This document shows, piece by piece, positions 44,189 through 54,171 of a DNA stretch of 54,171 nt. The position numbers and the translations under genes are program-made. The notes beneath the pieces are model-generated. The model made no database searches and was not told the origin of the DNA. It saw nothing but the letters and a program-made list of their open reading frames with translations. Positions within the stretch are counted from its first letter, which is position 1; every line of letters starts with the position of its first letter. The stretch lies in the IMG/VR virus record IMGVR_UViG_3300008110_000118, positions 1-54,171 of that record. The stretch is one strand, 5' to 3'. The DNA comes from a virus. Taxonomy: Duplodnaviria; Caudoviricetes.

Positions 44189-46451
44189 TTGGTGCTACTC
44201 CTACACAATCTCTTACTGAAATAACTTTTAAATTGCGGCGAACTCTTCTGATTTCATCCAAAGCGGTTCCCTTAATTACTTTAAATACTGGAATTAATTC
44301 TGCGTTAAATCCACTATCACTAATTATAACAAGTCTTGGTCTTTCCGTAAATCCAAATCCACCATCAATTACATCAACATAATCTAGTCTTCCATTATTG
44401 TTAAATACTGGTTTTAGTATTGCACCTTCACCGTTTCCACCACCTTCAATTGTAATTTTATCATTTGGATTATAATTAAATCCAGGATCTGCAACTTCCA
44501 CTCTATCTATAGTTAATGTTACTGGATATGTATCACTGCCAGAAACTTGATCTGGAATTTTTGGTTCTGGAGGACATCCACCTGCGGTTATTTTTTCATT
44601 AACTATAGATGTATATGGTAATCTACCTGGTATTTCTACACGATCTCCAATTCTAACATCAATTATTGAACCTGGATCATATGGTGAATCCCAAGTTCCA
44701 TCTTCTCTTTGGACAATTGTTTGGCATCTATCGGCCCATACTCTTCCACTTCCACCTTTATCTCCATTAAAAATAGGAAGATAACCAAATCCAGGATCAG
44801 TAATTACAACTTCTGTTACTCCAGTCGTTGTTTCATCTGTTCCAGTACCGGTTCCAATGTCAGTTGTGCCAATTCCAGTTTTTACGGGACCAATAACTAC
44901 TGTTCCCACTGCACGATTTCCCTTTCCACAGGAATCTTCAAATGAAACAAAAGGTGCTTTGGTATAACCAGATCCTGGAGTAATTATATCTACACCTAAA
45001 ATATCTCCAGTCGCACTAATGATTGGATTTCCAGAAGCACCAGAACCGCCACCGCCCCAGAAAGAAACATTTGGTGGTCCGCAAAGAATAGGTCCAACAT
45101 TACATCCTGATTTAGCACTAGCAAGTGCCCCACTGAAATCTAAATTGAAGTTAAAACTACCTGGATTGACAGCACCTTTAAAGGTATTTGCTAATCCAAG
45201 TGCAGACTGTATGATTGAATTTACATCTAAATTTAATTGTGGTCCACTAGGAGCACCATCAAGAAGATTCCATTCTTCTGTTGTGGGGCACTTTTGATCT
45301 ACCTTACAAGTCAAGAAATCTAGGAGATTTGTAATAGTATCTAAAATTAAATTAATAAAATTGATTGCTCCACCAATTATACTAGAAAGAGATGATAATA
45401 TAGAATTAATTGCTCCTGTCAATTGACCCAGAAGTTGCCCTAAAATATTGGTTAAAAATGATTCTAATGCACAAAGAGGAGCATTAATGTAACGATCTAT
45501 AATCTTTCTCAGAAAATCTGCAATCATATTAACAAGATTATCAATAATTCTATTAAACAAACATGCAATCAAATCTAATGCAGTTTGTTTCGCTTCATTA
45601 AATTGAAATCTTTGATGTAGTTGCAACTTTCTCCCAGCAAGATTCAATACAACATTAACTTTTTTCATTATTTGTTCACGCAAATAATTGATCAACCACT
45701 TAACTCCAGATGCTATGGATTGTGCAGCAGCATTTACTCTTGATTGAACTTCATTAACAAAATTTTGACTGGTAGATAAAAAAGAATCTTTCCCCGTTAG
45801 ATCGCTTTTTAACTTCTGAATATCTTTAATTAACTTTGTAATTGGTTCATTCATTGCCGAAGTATCAATCGGCTTACATGGTGTAGGAAATTTGATTTTA
45901 TCTTCTTGGAGGACACGTTCATCTTCCTTTGTGGAGGGATATTTATCTCCGCTACACATTATCCCACCACCTTTCAGTTCCATTACTGTATATGGAACTT
46001 TAACCTCAGGAACTCCTTTATAATGAACTAATTGCGATTCAACTTTTTGTGGAATGATTGGAGTGTCATCTGTGGGTTTTGTTCCATCTGGACACTGCTT
46101 ATTCGGAAGGACAGAAATAATTTGATATAGATCATTCATTTCTCCAGGCAAATCCCATACTCTTACCCAAACAAAAGTATAAGGTAAGAGAACTCCTCTC
46201 TCTACTTGAACTTGTCCTCCAGAAGATCCATTACTAATAAGATCTTCTGCCCAAGGAAGATCTTTATCTGGAACTTTTGATGGAGGATGAAGTTCTGGGA
46301 TTCTTATTTTATATAAGAATCCAGGAGCATTTCTTTCATCATCTTTAGCGATTGAACAAGATGGTTTTCCAGTTCCTTCTTCCAGATAAGCCGTAAGAGG
46401 GGCAATCTGTGCAATGTAATACTTTAATTCACCCGCTAAGAGAGTACTCAT
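44181..46451 (-). CDS. baseplate hub gp5-like protein (OB-fold N-terminus, no lysozyme domain seen)
   Basis: YKIRIPELHP...DKDLPWA gp5-OB motif, helical middle with Cys pairs, repeated V.I..PG.GY units. Confidence 0.7.
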   Translation of the reverse strand: MSTLLAGELKYYIAQIAPLTAYLEEGTGKPSCSIAKDDERNAPGFLYKIRIPELHPPSKVPDKDLPWAEDLISNGSSGGQVQVERGVLLPYTFVWVRVWDLPGEMNDLYQIISVLPNKQCPDGTKPTDDTPIIPQKVESQLVHYKGVPEVKVPYTVMELKGGGIMCSGDKYPSTKEDERVLQEDKIKFPTPCKPIDTSAMNEPITKLIKDIQKLKSDLTGKDSFLSTSQNFVNEVQSRVNAAAQSIASGVKWLINYLREQIMKKVNVVLNLAGRKLQLHQRFQFNEAKQTALDLIACLFNRIIDNLVNMIADFLRKIIDRYINAPLCALESFLTNILGQLLGQLTGAINSILSSLSSIIGGAINFINLILDTITNLLDFLTCKVDQKCPTTEEWNLLDGAPSGPQLNLDVNSIIQSALGLANTFKGAVNPGSFNFNLDFSGALASAKSGCNVGPILCGPPNVSFWGGGGSGASGNPIISATGDILGVDIITPGSGYTKAPFVSFEDSCGKGNRAVGTVVIGPVKTGIGTTDIGTGTGTDETTTGVTEVVITDPGFGYLPIFNGDKGGSGRVWADRCQTIVQREDGTWDSPYDPGSIIDVRIGDRVEIPGRLPYTSIVNEKITAGGCPPEPKIPDQVSGSDTYPVTLTIDRVEVADPGFNYNPNDKITIEGGGNGEGAILKPVFNNNGRLDYVDVIDGGFGFTERPRLVIISDSGFNAELIPVFKVIKGTALDEIRRVRRNLKVISVRDCVGVAPNG

Positions 46452-46666
46452 CAGTCTTCGTAAATCCTACATTCAAGTGCGTCTGGATGTGCGTCACAAT
46501 AGAGTTCTAACCCTGTTGGATCGTGATCATCTTCTGGATGATTTTTTTGATACTTTTCTAGATCGTCGAGTTCCCCTTCTAAATGTCTTCTTCTTTGGGA
46601 ACTTACGTTTGGATCGTCAAGTTCATTTTTATCATCATTAATGTGCTGTGATAGTGTCCTATCCAT
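46451..46666 (-). CDS. cp12: CP12 Calvin-cycle regulatory protein (auxiliary metabolic gene)
   Basis: C-terminal LELYCDAHPDALECRIYED; lacks the N-terminal Cys pair; ATG at 46666 with GGGG RBS. Confidence 0.93.
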   Translation of the reverse strand: MDRTLSQHINDDKNELDDPNVSSQRRRHLEGELDDLEKYQKNHPEDDHDPTGLELYCDAHPDALECRIYED

Positions 46667-46697
46667 TTGGAACACCCCTAATATAATAGTTGTTAAT

Positions 46698-46704
46698 TAT
46701 TTAT
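46698..46704 (-). promoter_or_regulatory. T4-type late promoter ATAAATA
   Basis: CAATAAATA upstream of cp12. Confidence 0.55.
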
Positions 46705-46712
46705 TGTTGTTT

Positions 46713-47984
46713 TCAAACAACTCTACCGTCAGAATCTCTCACAAGACTCATCTTTGTATATGTATTACTTGGAATAAAAAGATGACATAATCCAGAAACC
46801 ATATACTTACCTCCAGTTTTTTTGCTAACTTCCGTATTCTTTTTAACTGAATTTTCCCTAAAGTCACAAAACACAATATCACCCGCACTAACTCCTAGAT
46901 CACCGTCCGTAGTAACAACAATTTCTTTTAAAATCATCTGATTTAATCTAGCAGATTGGTTGATAACATCATCAACTATAATATTTTCTTTTTGGATAGA
47001 TTTAAATTGCGATTTTACACTATCTCCTGGAGAAAATCTCTGTGCAATATCTACATTAGTTGTGTTTATTCTTGTAATTTTTCCACTATAATCTGGAAAC
47101 TTTGGTAAACTTGTTCCAGCGATTGTTATTCCAGATGGTTTCCCCTCATATGTTTTGGTTGTTTTTGTATCATACTTCATTGTTAATGGATTCCATTTCT
47201 TCATTCTAGATCCATATGCTCCACTTCTTAATTGTTTCTCTAAATCGACAGACTTAGATAAATTATCTTCATGTATTTTTCCATCATAACCTGGTGGTAA
47301 ATACGGAGTATTATTTTTAATAAATTTACTAACAGGATCTGCAGCAAATAAACAATCTACCGATTTAAATTTATATCCTTTTGATGTATGGAAAAATAAG
47401 TACCCTGATGTTTCTCCTTTTTTTCCATTTTCAGTTGGAACAGAATATCTGCATAAATTTGTACATATTTCAAAAGGTTCTTTAAATTTCCCATGAAAAG
47501 ATTTAGTGTTTATAGTTTCATCTACATCAATTTCAAATGACGTTTTCAAAGATTCTTTAAGTATCTTACTTACGCTATCTGATATTTTTCCACTGTAAAA
47601 TGGAATGACACTAACATCTTCTGTAATATTATCGAGAAAATCTTTTGATACAATAAAAAGTTCTATGGCTACTTGCAATTCATTTTCTTGAGAACTCCAA
47701 CTTTGAATTCTTAAATTTTTATCAAATGATAAAGTTTTTTCATCATGGGTTACCGAAAAACTTACTTTTTCGTCTCCTTGCAATTTAAGATATTCTACAG
47801 ATCCGACATCTCCTCCAGATTGTCCTCCATCCATATACAAAGCGTGAATTCTAACAGTATTGTCTAATATACACTCACGGTACTCTACTTGAACTAACGA
47901 TCCTTTACCCAACAAACTTACTGTTGAACCATCGTTTGAAATAATATCAAATTTTGTTATTTTTGCTGCTTGGTTGCTTGCCAT
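46713..47984 (-). CDS. baseplate hub / tail protein (gp27-like)
   Basis: 423 aa; SGYLFFHTSKGYKFKSVD.L, GDLGVSAGD, GGKYMVSGLCH, T.MSLVRDS.G motifs; sits just upstream of gp5-like. Confidence 0.6.
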   Translation of the reverse strand: MASNQAAKITKFDIISNDGSTVSLLGKGSLVQVEYRECILDNTVRIHALYMDGGQSGGDVGSVEYLKLQGDEKVSFSVTHDEKTLSFDKNLRIQSWSSQENELQVAIELFIVSKDFLDNITEDVSVIPFYSGKISDSVSKILKESLKTSFEIDVDETINTKSFHGKFKEPFEICTNLCRYSVPTENGKKGETSGYLFFHTSKGYKFKSVDCLFAADPVSKFIKNNTPYLPPGYDGKIHEDNLSKSVDLEKQLRSGAYGSRMKKWNPLTMKYDTKTTKTYEGKPSGITIAGTSLPKFPDYSGKITRINTTNVDIAQRFSPGDSVKSQFKSIQKENIIVDDVINQSARLNQMILKEIVVTTDGDLGVSAGDIVFCDFRENSVKKNTEVSKKTGGKYMVSGLCHLFIPSNTYTKMSLVRDSDGRVV

Positions 47985-47995
47985 TATTTTACTAG

Positions 47996-50900
47996 TTAAG
48001 CAATACCGTATGGAACCGGAACTTGTCTATTTATTATAACTCTTTGTATGACTAAATTATCTGTATATTTTCCACTAACTTGTGCGATAGATTGACTTAA
48101 TGAAGAGGTTGGTAATGAAGCATTTGCTCCAGGACCAGCTGGATTCCATAATACCCACTTTCCTTTTTTCCATTCGTAATAATTTCCATCTGCTGCTTTC
48201 TTTTTTTCTCCTTCTTGAGATCCTCTACCAAGTCCAAATCCTTGGAGTTCTCTAAAACTGGTGTTTTGTGTATCAGTTACTTTTAGTTCTTGATTCATTC
48301 CAAAAAGACCACCAGCAAGTTTTACAAACTTTCCATCTTTATAGACTACACCCTGATTTTTAGTTACTGGTGATACCGCAGTTTCATAATTTTCTTTAGC
48401 CTTTTCTCTTGCTAAAGGAGAGGATATTTTGTTTTTAGCACCAGTTACATATGAAGTTGGATTTTGTAATTTATTATTTTTATATACCTCAAAATGTAAA
48501 TGAGTTTGTTCTGTCCCACCTCTATAATACCTGTACAACCTTCCTATCTGTTCTCCACCATATACAGTATCTCCCACACGAATCGCTCCGGGAGTTACAT
48601 GTAAATATCGAGTTACTATACCTCCACCGTGATCTATTTCAATTGATCCTCCAGGATAAAGATTTCCATTTTCAACTTTAATTACTTTTCCAGTAGCCCA
48701 AGCAACGATAGGAGCCCTACTATCTTTTAATCTATGTTCAGTAAGATCTACACCTTGATGAGATCTCCCTCCTCTATTTGCTCCATAATTTTGATTTTGA
48801 GATGGGTCTCCGATACTTGTAGCTCCAGGTAATGGTAGAAATGTTTGCCCACTAACTTTACCTGTAAATGGTTCAGAATCTTGTTGAGTTACAGTACCTC
48901 TAACAATACTCTGATTAATCATTGCTGCTGTTAATTGTCCTTTTTTGAATTTACCTATGTTTGCTCCACCTGGTTCAAATCCAAATACGTGTTCATAACG
49001 ATTTACTTCAGTTGTGTCATCTAAATGATCTACACTTTTTTCGTAATCTACATTTCTAAAATTATCTCTAGGGCCTACAAAATCTCTTGCTTTTTGTTGA
49101 ATTCCAGTATTCAATAGTGCCGCAGCAACTCTGTCTACAATATTTCCACTGTAATTTTTATGCTTTTTTGCGAACTCAATAGCAGATTCTCTAGAATTTA
49201 TTTTATTCCATTCTGCTGCATTTCCATATGTTCTAACAGGTTGAAATTGACCTGGCTCAAGAATAACTTTTCTGATGCTTTTTGGCCATCCTGGTAATGC
49301 AACTCTATTATAAATTGCCTGGGCAACATCAGCAGCTCCCTGATAACCACCGTCAGGTTTTCCATTCTCAAAAAGTGCAGCAGTAGTCAATAACCAAAAA
49401 TCTGGACTATCGGATGAAACTTGTATATTTGATGGTCCAACATCTGGAGTTATACCTCCATCATCTTGATCTTTAACTCTAAATTCTCTATTTAAATTTT
49501 GAAGTACATCACTAAAAGATGAATTTATAGAAGAGATTAGTTTTTGTGAGATTTCATTGCCAACTTTCTTTCCAATATCTAAATTATCCAGTTTTAAATT
49601 TCTAGATGCAGGTATAGTCCCACCTTCCGCTCTTGTTAATATACTTGAAACATCTGTAAATAATTTTGAAATTTCACTATTAACAGAAGTTTGAATAACT
49701 GATCCAAACATATTTCCAATATCTACAGATAAATTTTTATCTGGTTTTTGTCCAAGAGTCATGTCAATACCAGCACCAAACATCGCTGCAGGAAGTCCAT
49801 TAAGAACATTATCATTCTTTTTTACTGCTCTAGATGCCCTCTTCAATAATCTTACAGGATTTCTCTTTTTCCTTCTAGATCCTTTTCCATAAATATCTTC
49901 AATTTTTTGCTTTCCTCCAACATCCTTTCCAACAATAGTCCTTTGTGGAGATATTTTATTTGGTTTTTTGACTCTCGTTACTTTTATACTCCTCCTAGGG
50001 GAAGTTCCAATTCTTTTTCCTCCTCTGGTAATACTTCCACCTTTTGCTTTTGCTTGAGTTTTTTTATTATTTCCTGCTACTAAAGTATCATATAATGCAC
50101 CGCCAACAATATCTCCAAGGATACCACCTAAAATAGTTCCAGCGAGTGGAATAGGAATAAAAGTTCCCAATGCAGAACCGATTGTAGCGCCAACTGCTTT
50201 TGCTGCTGCTCTTCCTGGTTTTTCGCCAGACCATAAAGCAAATAAGAAATCTACTAATCCACCAATAATTGGAATTCTACCTAAAGCTTTTCCAGCAATT
50301 TTAACTCCTGCTTTTCCAAGAGTTTTTGTTGCAAATCTTTGAGGAAGTTTTCCAAGACCTCTCTTAAATAAAGACCCCTTTTTTGCAGTTCTTGCTGCTA
50401 ACGACTCTGCTCCAGGTCTAATAGTAATTCCTTTTTTGAATCCTTTCTTTACTGCTGCCTCAGCTTGCTGAGGAGTTTTACCATTATTCAGGGCGTTTTC
50501 ATATATTTTTCTTGCATTAGGACCATATTGTTTTTGTATATTTCTGATTCTTGCGTTTCTAGTTCTATCTGCTGCTGTTGGTTTTCCTCCTCCACCATAC
50601 TGCCCTGGTGTTCCAGGTTTTCCGGGTTTTCCAGGTTTATCACTTCCACCCCCACCAATACTAGAACCCGCCATTGCGGCAATCAAAGCAAGATTTATAA
50701 ATGTATTAAAGTGTTTTGAAAAATCGTCAAATACTTTTTGAGCGTTTTCTCCACCTATTTGTTTTGTTAAATCTCTAACTTTGTCATATGCATTATATCC
50801 CCAATCAATAAAATCGACTACACCTTTTAAAATATTTCCAGCAAAATTCTCAACGAAATCTATAACTGGAAGTATTCTTTTAGAAAATTCTATTAATTTT

Positions 50901-51334
50901 GGAAATAAATCCGAAAATAATCTTCCTAAAATTGTCCAGAATAAAAACTTTTTAATTCTATCAATAAAACTTAAGTTAGGTAATGATGCTATTCCAGACG
51001 CTACATTTTTATTTGTTGATTTCTTTTCTAATTTTGATTCTCTTCTTTTTCTGGATTCTTTTTCTTGACCCTTTCTTTTATTATCTTGCTCTTTCTTTTG
51101 GAATAATGAACTTTTTGATAATACCCCTTGTATTTTTGAAATTATATTCTTTATTCCTAAAAGAGAATCCGAAGATATTCCACCAGAACCATCTCTCTTT
51201 AAATCATCAGATGTAGATTTTACATTCTTCTTTACACGGATATTACTCGAAGGTATCAAAACCTTCTTATTCTTCATTCTCGAAGAGAATGCTTTAGATG
51301 GAGGTAATAACTTTTTGGAATTTATTGTTGCCAT
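47996..51334 (-). CDS. large virion protein with SleB-like cell-wall hydrolase and M23 peptidase domains
   Basis: ALFE...VAQAIYNRV..PGWPKSI..VI..PGQFQPV (Hydrolase_2); HQGVD, TRYLH, HLHFEV (M23). Confidence 0.85.
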   Translation of the reverse strand: MATINSKKLLPPSKAFSSRMKNKKVLIPSSNIRVKKNVKSTSDDLKRDGSGGISSDSLLGIKNIISKIQGVLSKSSLFQKKEQDNKRKGQEKESRKRRESKLEKKSTNKNVASGIASLPNLSFIDRIKKFLFWTILGRLFSDLFPKLIEFSKRILPVIDFVENFAGNILKGVVDFIDWGYNAYDKVRDLTKQIGGENAQKVFDDFSKHFNTFINLALIAAMAGSSIGGGGSDKPGKPGKPGTPGQYGGGGKPTAADRTRNARIRNIQKQYGPNARKIYENALNNGKTPQQAEAAVKKGFKKGITIRPGAESLAARTAKKGSLFKRGLGKLPQRFATKTLGKAGVKIAGKALGRIPIIGGLVDFLFALWSGEKPGRAAAKAVGATIGSALGTFIPIPLAGTILGGILGDIVGGALYDTLVAGNNKKTQAKAKGGSITRGGKRIGTSPRRSIKVTRVKKPNKISPQRTIVGKDVGGKQKIEDIYGKGSRRKKRNPVRLLKRASRAVKKNDNVLNGLPAAMFGAGIDMTLGQKPDKNLSVDIGNMFGSVIQTSVNSEISKLFTDVSSILTRAEGGTIPASRNLKLDNLDIGKKVGNEISQKLISSINSSFSDVLQNLNREFRVKDQDDGGITPDVGPSNIQVSSDSPDFWLLTTAALFENGKPDGGYQGAADVAQAIYNRVALPGWPKSIRKVILEPGQFQPVRTYGNAAEWNKINSRESAIEFAKKHKNYSGNIVDRVAAALLNTGIQQKARDFVGPRDNFRNVDYEKSVDHLDDTTEVNRYEHVFGFEPGGANIGKFKKGQLTAAMINQSIVRGTVTQQDSEPFTGKVSGQTFLPLPGATSIGDPSQNQNYGANRGGRSHQGVDLTEHRLKDSRAPIVAWATGKVIKVENGNLYPGGSIEIDHGGGIVTRYLHVTPGAIRVGDTVYGGEQIGRLYRYYRGGTEQTHLHFEVYKNNKLQNPTSYVTGAKNKISSPLAREKAKENYETAVSPVTKNQGVVYKDGKFVKLAGGLFGMNQELKVTDTQNTSFRELQGFGLGRGSQEGEKKKAADGNYYEWKKGKWVLWNPAGPGANASLPTSSLSQSIAQVSGKYTDNLVIQRVIINRQVPVPYGIA

Positions 51335-51335
51335 A

Positions 51336-54083
51336 TTATGCTATCCCTAAAGAAATTCTTGCTTTTTTTCTGGTTTCAATAGCACTTCTAGACATATCTA
51401 AAACTTCAAATGATGGAACGCTACTAGATTCTCTTACTGATGGTTTGGTTTTATTAGATTTATTCAATGGAATATCATGAACAATATCTGGCAACATTGT
51501 AACTCTTTGTCCAGGTGGTAAAGCTCGACTTTGAGGGCCAAGTCTAATTTGATTTAAAGTATCACTATATGTTCTCTGTAAAGATTCCGGAGATTTTACT
51601 GGTTGATTGTAATAACTTTTACCCTCTAAAGTTGGAAATGATGCCCATTCTGGAGCAATCATATTCATTGCAGATCGTGACAATCCACCTTTTCTGAGAG
51701 ATTGTAATGTTACACCTCTCATTTTCATTAATGCCCAAGCACCTTTATCTTGATTATCTGGGGTCATCAAGTCTGTTGGTTTCAACACTCTCATATTCAT
51801 AAGTTGTTGAAGAGTCCAAGGCATAAATTGATATGCTCCAGAAGCAGCAGATCTAACTTTTCCGCTACTATCCTTACCAAATCCTACTGCTCCTCCACCA
51901 AATCTTTTTGGAAGTCTGTCAGTATTCTGCATACTGATGACTTCTTTAACTGTCATTTGACGAATTGGTGCAGACCCAAATCCAAATAATGTATCGTATG
52001 AATTTTTAGTTTTTGCTGTTCCCTCGGCAACTCTGATAGTTCTTAACGCCGCTTGAACTTCAGGGAGTTTAAATTCAGGTAAAGGAAGAGATGGTTTTGG
52101 TGATGATGTAGAAGATGCTGGTCTAGCACCTGGAGTAATACCTCTTAATAAATTACCAACATTAGATAATGCATTTTGAACTCCACCAATAATTCCGCCA
52201 TTCTTAAATCCTTCAATATTTCCAGATACATTTATATTCTGTGGATTTACAAATTTAGTTCCATTTGGAACATAAGATGCTGGATGAACTCCAGTGTCTG
52301 CAGCAATTTGTGATTGTTGTTCTGGAGTTAATACAAGTTCTCCTGGAGATACAGCAACTCCACCTCCAGCAACGTTAGGAAGATATTGAGTATCTTGACC
52401 AGCACCAGATATTTTTGTTCCTGTTTTTCTATCTACAAGTCCGCTGAATATTTTTGCTCCACTGCTTGCTCCTTGAGTAAGTCCATAAGGAGTTGTTGGA
52501 CCCATATCTCCAACTCCACCAACTCCTTGAAGTCCTATTCCTCTTCCAGTTTGTGCTCTTGCTTTATTTTCTGCTTGAACTCCCGCCGCTTTTCTCTGAC
52601 CCGTTACTTCGTTTCCAAGGGCACCAGCTCCAGCCATTGCAGCAGGGAACCAAACAAATGGATTTGCAACAAAAGAAAGTAAAGGATTTTTTCCTTTAGG
52701 TCCTCCTGGCATTTTATTCATTTTAATAATGTTCCTAAGTTTAGGAATCAATCCAAGAAGTTTTGGAATAAATCTAGCAACAACTCCAATGAATGATCTT
52801 ACGAACAATCCAAATGGAGTTGCAAAAAGAACAAATGCTGCAAGTAAAGTAGGCCACCAATCTCTTAAAAATCTTTTTATTGAATCTACTTTCTTCTTAT
52901 TTTTTGGATCACTAAACCAATCTAACAATCTACCAACTGCTCTACCAAGCAAAGTAAAAGTTATAAATTTAATGATTCTATCAAGAATACCCTGAACTGG
53001 AGTAAATATCTTTTTTACCGTGCTTGAAAGTTTTTGTATAGAAGTTTCTAATGTACTTTCTTTTTCTTCCCTTCCTTTTCTTTCTTTCGATTTTCTTTCC
53101 ACTTCAGAGTTTTTTACTGATTGCTTATATTGATTTGAAAGTACAGAAAGAATTTTCTTTAATGAATCAATAATATTAAGTGAAGTTTTATTTGCTGTAT
53201 TATCAGTCTCTATTTTTGTATCTTCTTTTGGTTGCTTCTGTGGAATTACTGCAGTTCCAACTAGAAAAAACTTTTCTTTTGATACTTTTACAGGACCAGT
53301 TGCTCCAATATTTTCAGAAGTTATTTTTCTCTTTTTTACTTTAAATCTTCCTACTTTTCCCTTTACTCTTTTATATTCTCCAACCAATATTTCATCTTCT
53401 TCACTAGCAAGTTTTTTGCCCATCATTCTAGATTCAATCATTCTCGCTTTTAAGAGAGACTGATACGTTCCATAGTCTAAGTCAAAAATATCATCGATTC
53501 CAAGAAGTCTTAAAATTCTTTCATCAATATTTTCATTTACAGAATCTTCCTCTCTAGTTCCTTCATATATGGATAAAGCATTAGAAGATTTTTTAGGTGG
53601 CGGAGGAGGAGTTTTTGCTCCGGCACCAACAGAAACTTTTTGCTGCTTTGGTTTCTTTACCGATTCTTGATTTTGTTTTTCTTTTTGTCTTTCTTTTTGT
53701 AATAAAGTTAATCTTATTTCTATCTCTTCTTCTACATCTGCAATTACTTTCTTTACTCGATTATAGAATTTTATAACCGCTTCACAACCTTCTTCTAATT
53801 GCTTATAGAGTTCTGGATCGTGTTTAAAAGAAGGAAATTTCTTTGCCTGAGTATAATTTTTTACAGATAATCCAATAAATCTTAAATGACCGAATGCAGT
53901 ATCATACTTTGATGAAACTAAAAGTCCATATTCACTAAGAAATTCTTTGTCCTCACCATAAAACTTAACAAGACTGTCACTTACATTTTTAGATTTTTGA
54001 TACGAAAATCCAGGAGGAACTATTTTCCATATTTCCTCCTGGATCTTTTCTTTTTTGTAAGCAATCAGATCTTTTGAATCCAT
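51336..54083 (-). CDS. large virion protein with lambda-type (GH104-like) muramidase domain
   Basis: AALRTIRVAEGT...YDTLFG, SAASGAYQF...T, P.NQDK.A, EWASFP...Y.QP; N-terminal coiled coil and hydrophobic segments. Confidence 0.85.
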   Translation of the reverse strand: MDSKDLIAYKKEKIQEEIWKIVPPGFSYQKSKNVSDSLVKFYGEDKEFLSEYGLLVSSKYDTAFGHLRFIGLSVKNYTQAKKFPSFKHDPELYKQLEEGCEAVIKFYNRVKKVIADVEEEIEIRLTLLQKERQKEKQNQESVKKPKQQKVSVGAGAKTPPPPPKKSSNALSIYEGTREEDSVNENIDERILRLLGIDDIFDLDYGTYQSLLKARMIESRMMGKKLASEEDEILVGEYKRVKGKVGRFKVKKRKITSENIGATGPVKVSKEKFFLVGTAVIPQKQPKEDTKIETDNTANKTSLNIIDSLKKILSVLSNQYKQSVKNSEVERKSKERKGREEKESTLETSIQKLSSTVKKIFTPVQGILDRIIKFITFTLLGRAVGRLLDWFSDPKNKKKVDSIKRFLRDWWPTLLAAFVLFATPFGLFVRSFIGVVARFIPKLLGLIPKLRNIIKMNKMPGGPKGKNPLLSFVANPFVWFPAAMAGAGALGNEVTGQRKAAGVQAENKARAQTGRGIGLQGVGGVGDMGPTTPYGLTQGASSGAKIFSGLVDRKTGTKISGAGQDTQYLPNVAGGGVAVSPGELVLTPEQQSQIAADTGVHPASYVPNGTKFVNPQNINVSGNIEGFKNGGIIGGVQNALSNVGNLLRGITPGARPASSTSSPKPSLPLPEFKLPEVQAALRTIRVAEGTAKTKNSYDTLFGFGSAPIRQMTVKEVISMQNTDRLPKRFGGGAVGFGKDSSGKVRSAASGAYQFMPWTLQQLMNMRVLKPTDLMTPDNQDKGAWALMKMRGVTLQSLRKGGLSRSAMNMIAPEWASFPTLEGKSYYNQPVKSPESLQRTYSDTLNQIRLGPQSRALPPGQRVTMLPDIVHDIPLNKSNKTKPSVRESSSVPSFEVLDMSRSAIETRKKARISLGIA

Positions 54084-54171
54084 TTATCCGCCATTTTGTT
54101 GCTGCTTCATTTTCTCTTCTTCAAGGTGATTCTTGAGTAAAGTTACATAAATGTCTCTTTCCCAAGGCATC
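54084..54171 (-). CDS. baseplate hub assembly catalyst gp51-like (3' end only)
   Basis: Translates MPWERDIYVTLLKNHLEEEKMKQQQNGG*, the PWER.IY..LL...E motif of T4-like gp51. Confidence 0.8.
   Translation of the reverse strand, partial: MPWERDIYVTLLKNHLEEEKMKQQQNGG

Noticed and set aside
766-52995. Plus-strand ORFs in the supplied track (e.g. 766-1197, 8006-8503, 9422-9901, 16667-17284, 38608-38862)
   Set aside because: All are antisense shadows of well-supported minus-strand genes, with no recognisable motifs or plus-strand promoter/RBS support
1-54171. Stop-codon reassignment, introns or inteins
   Set aside because: Long genes are intact in the standard code, gene packing is tight, and no split genes or intein/homing-endonuclease motifs were seen

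Overview
This is a 54-kb segment of a T4-like cyanophage (Kyanoviridae-like myovirus). The evidence is CP12, gp51- and gp5-like baseplate genes, cyanophage-type virion proteins, ATAAATA late promoters and UNN-anticodon tRNAs. Essentially all real genes lie on the minus strand. In transcription order (right to left): (1) 54.2-40.8 kb is a late baseplate block: gp51 end, two large paralogous proteins carrying different peptidoglycan hydrolase domains, a hub-like protein, CP12, and gp5-like and spike-associated proteins. (2) 40.8-38.6 kb holds small ORFs, tRNA-Leu/Thr/Ala, a Mom-like DNA modification gene and a candidate ~70-nt sRNA. (3) 38.6-18 kb holds tail-fibre and virion genes, ending in a cassette with a 754-aa Gly-X-Y (Gly-Asn-Pro) protein flanked by three 2OG-Fe(II) oxygenases. 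(4) 18-0 kb is a dense early/accessory region: SF2 helicase, dTDP-glucose dehydratase, RlpA, peptide deformylase, a kinase, a PvuII-like endonuclease plus m6A methyltransferase, and many small ORFs. It is punctuated by eight copies of a palindrome/(hairpin)/-10 promoter element with fixed spacing. All family assignments come from motif recognition by eye; no searches were run.
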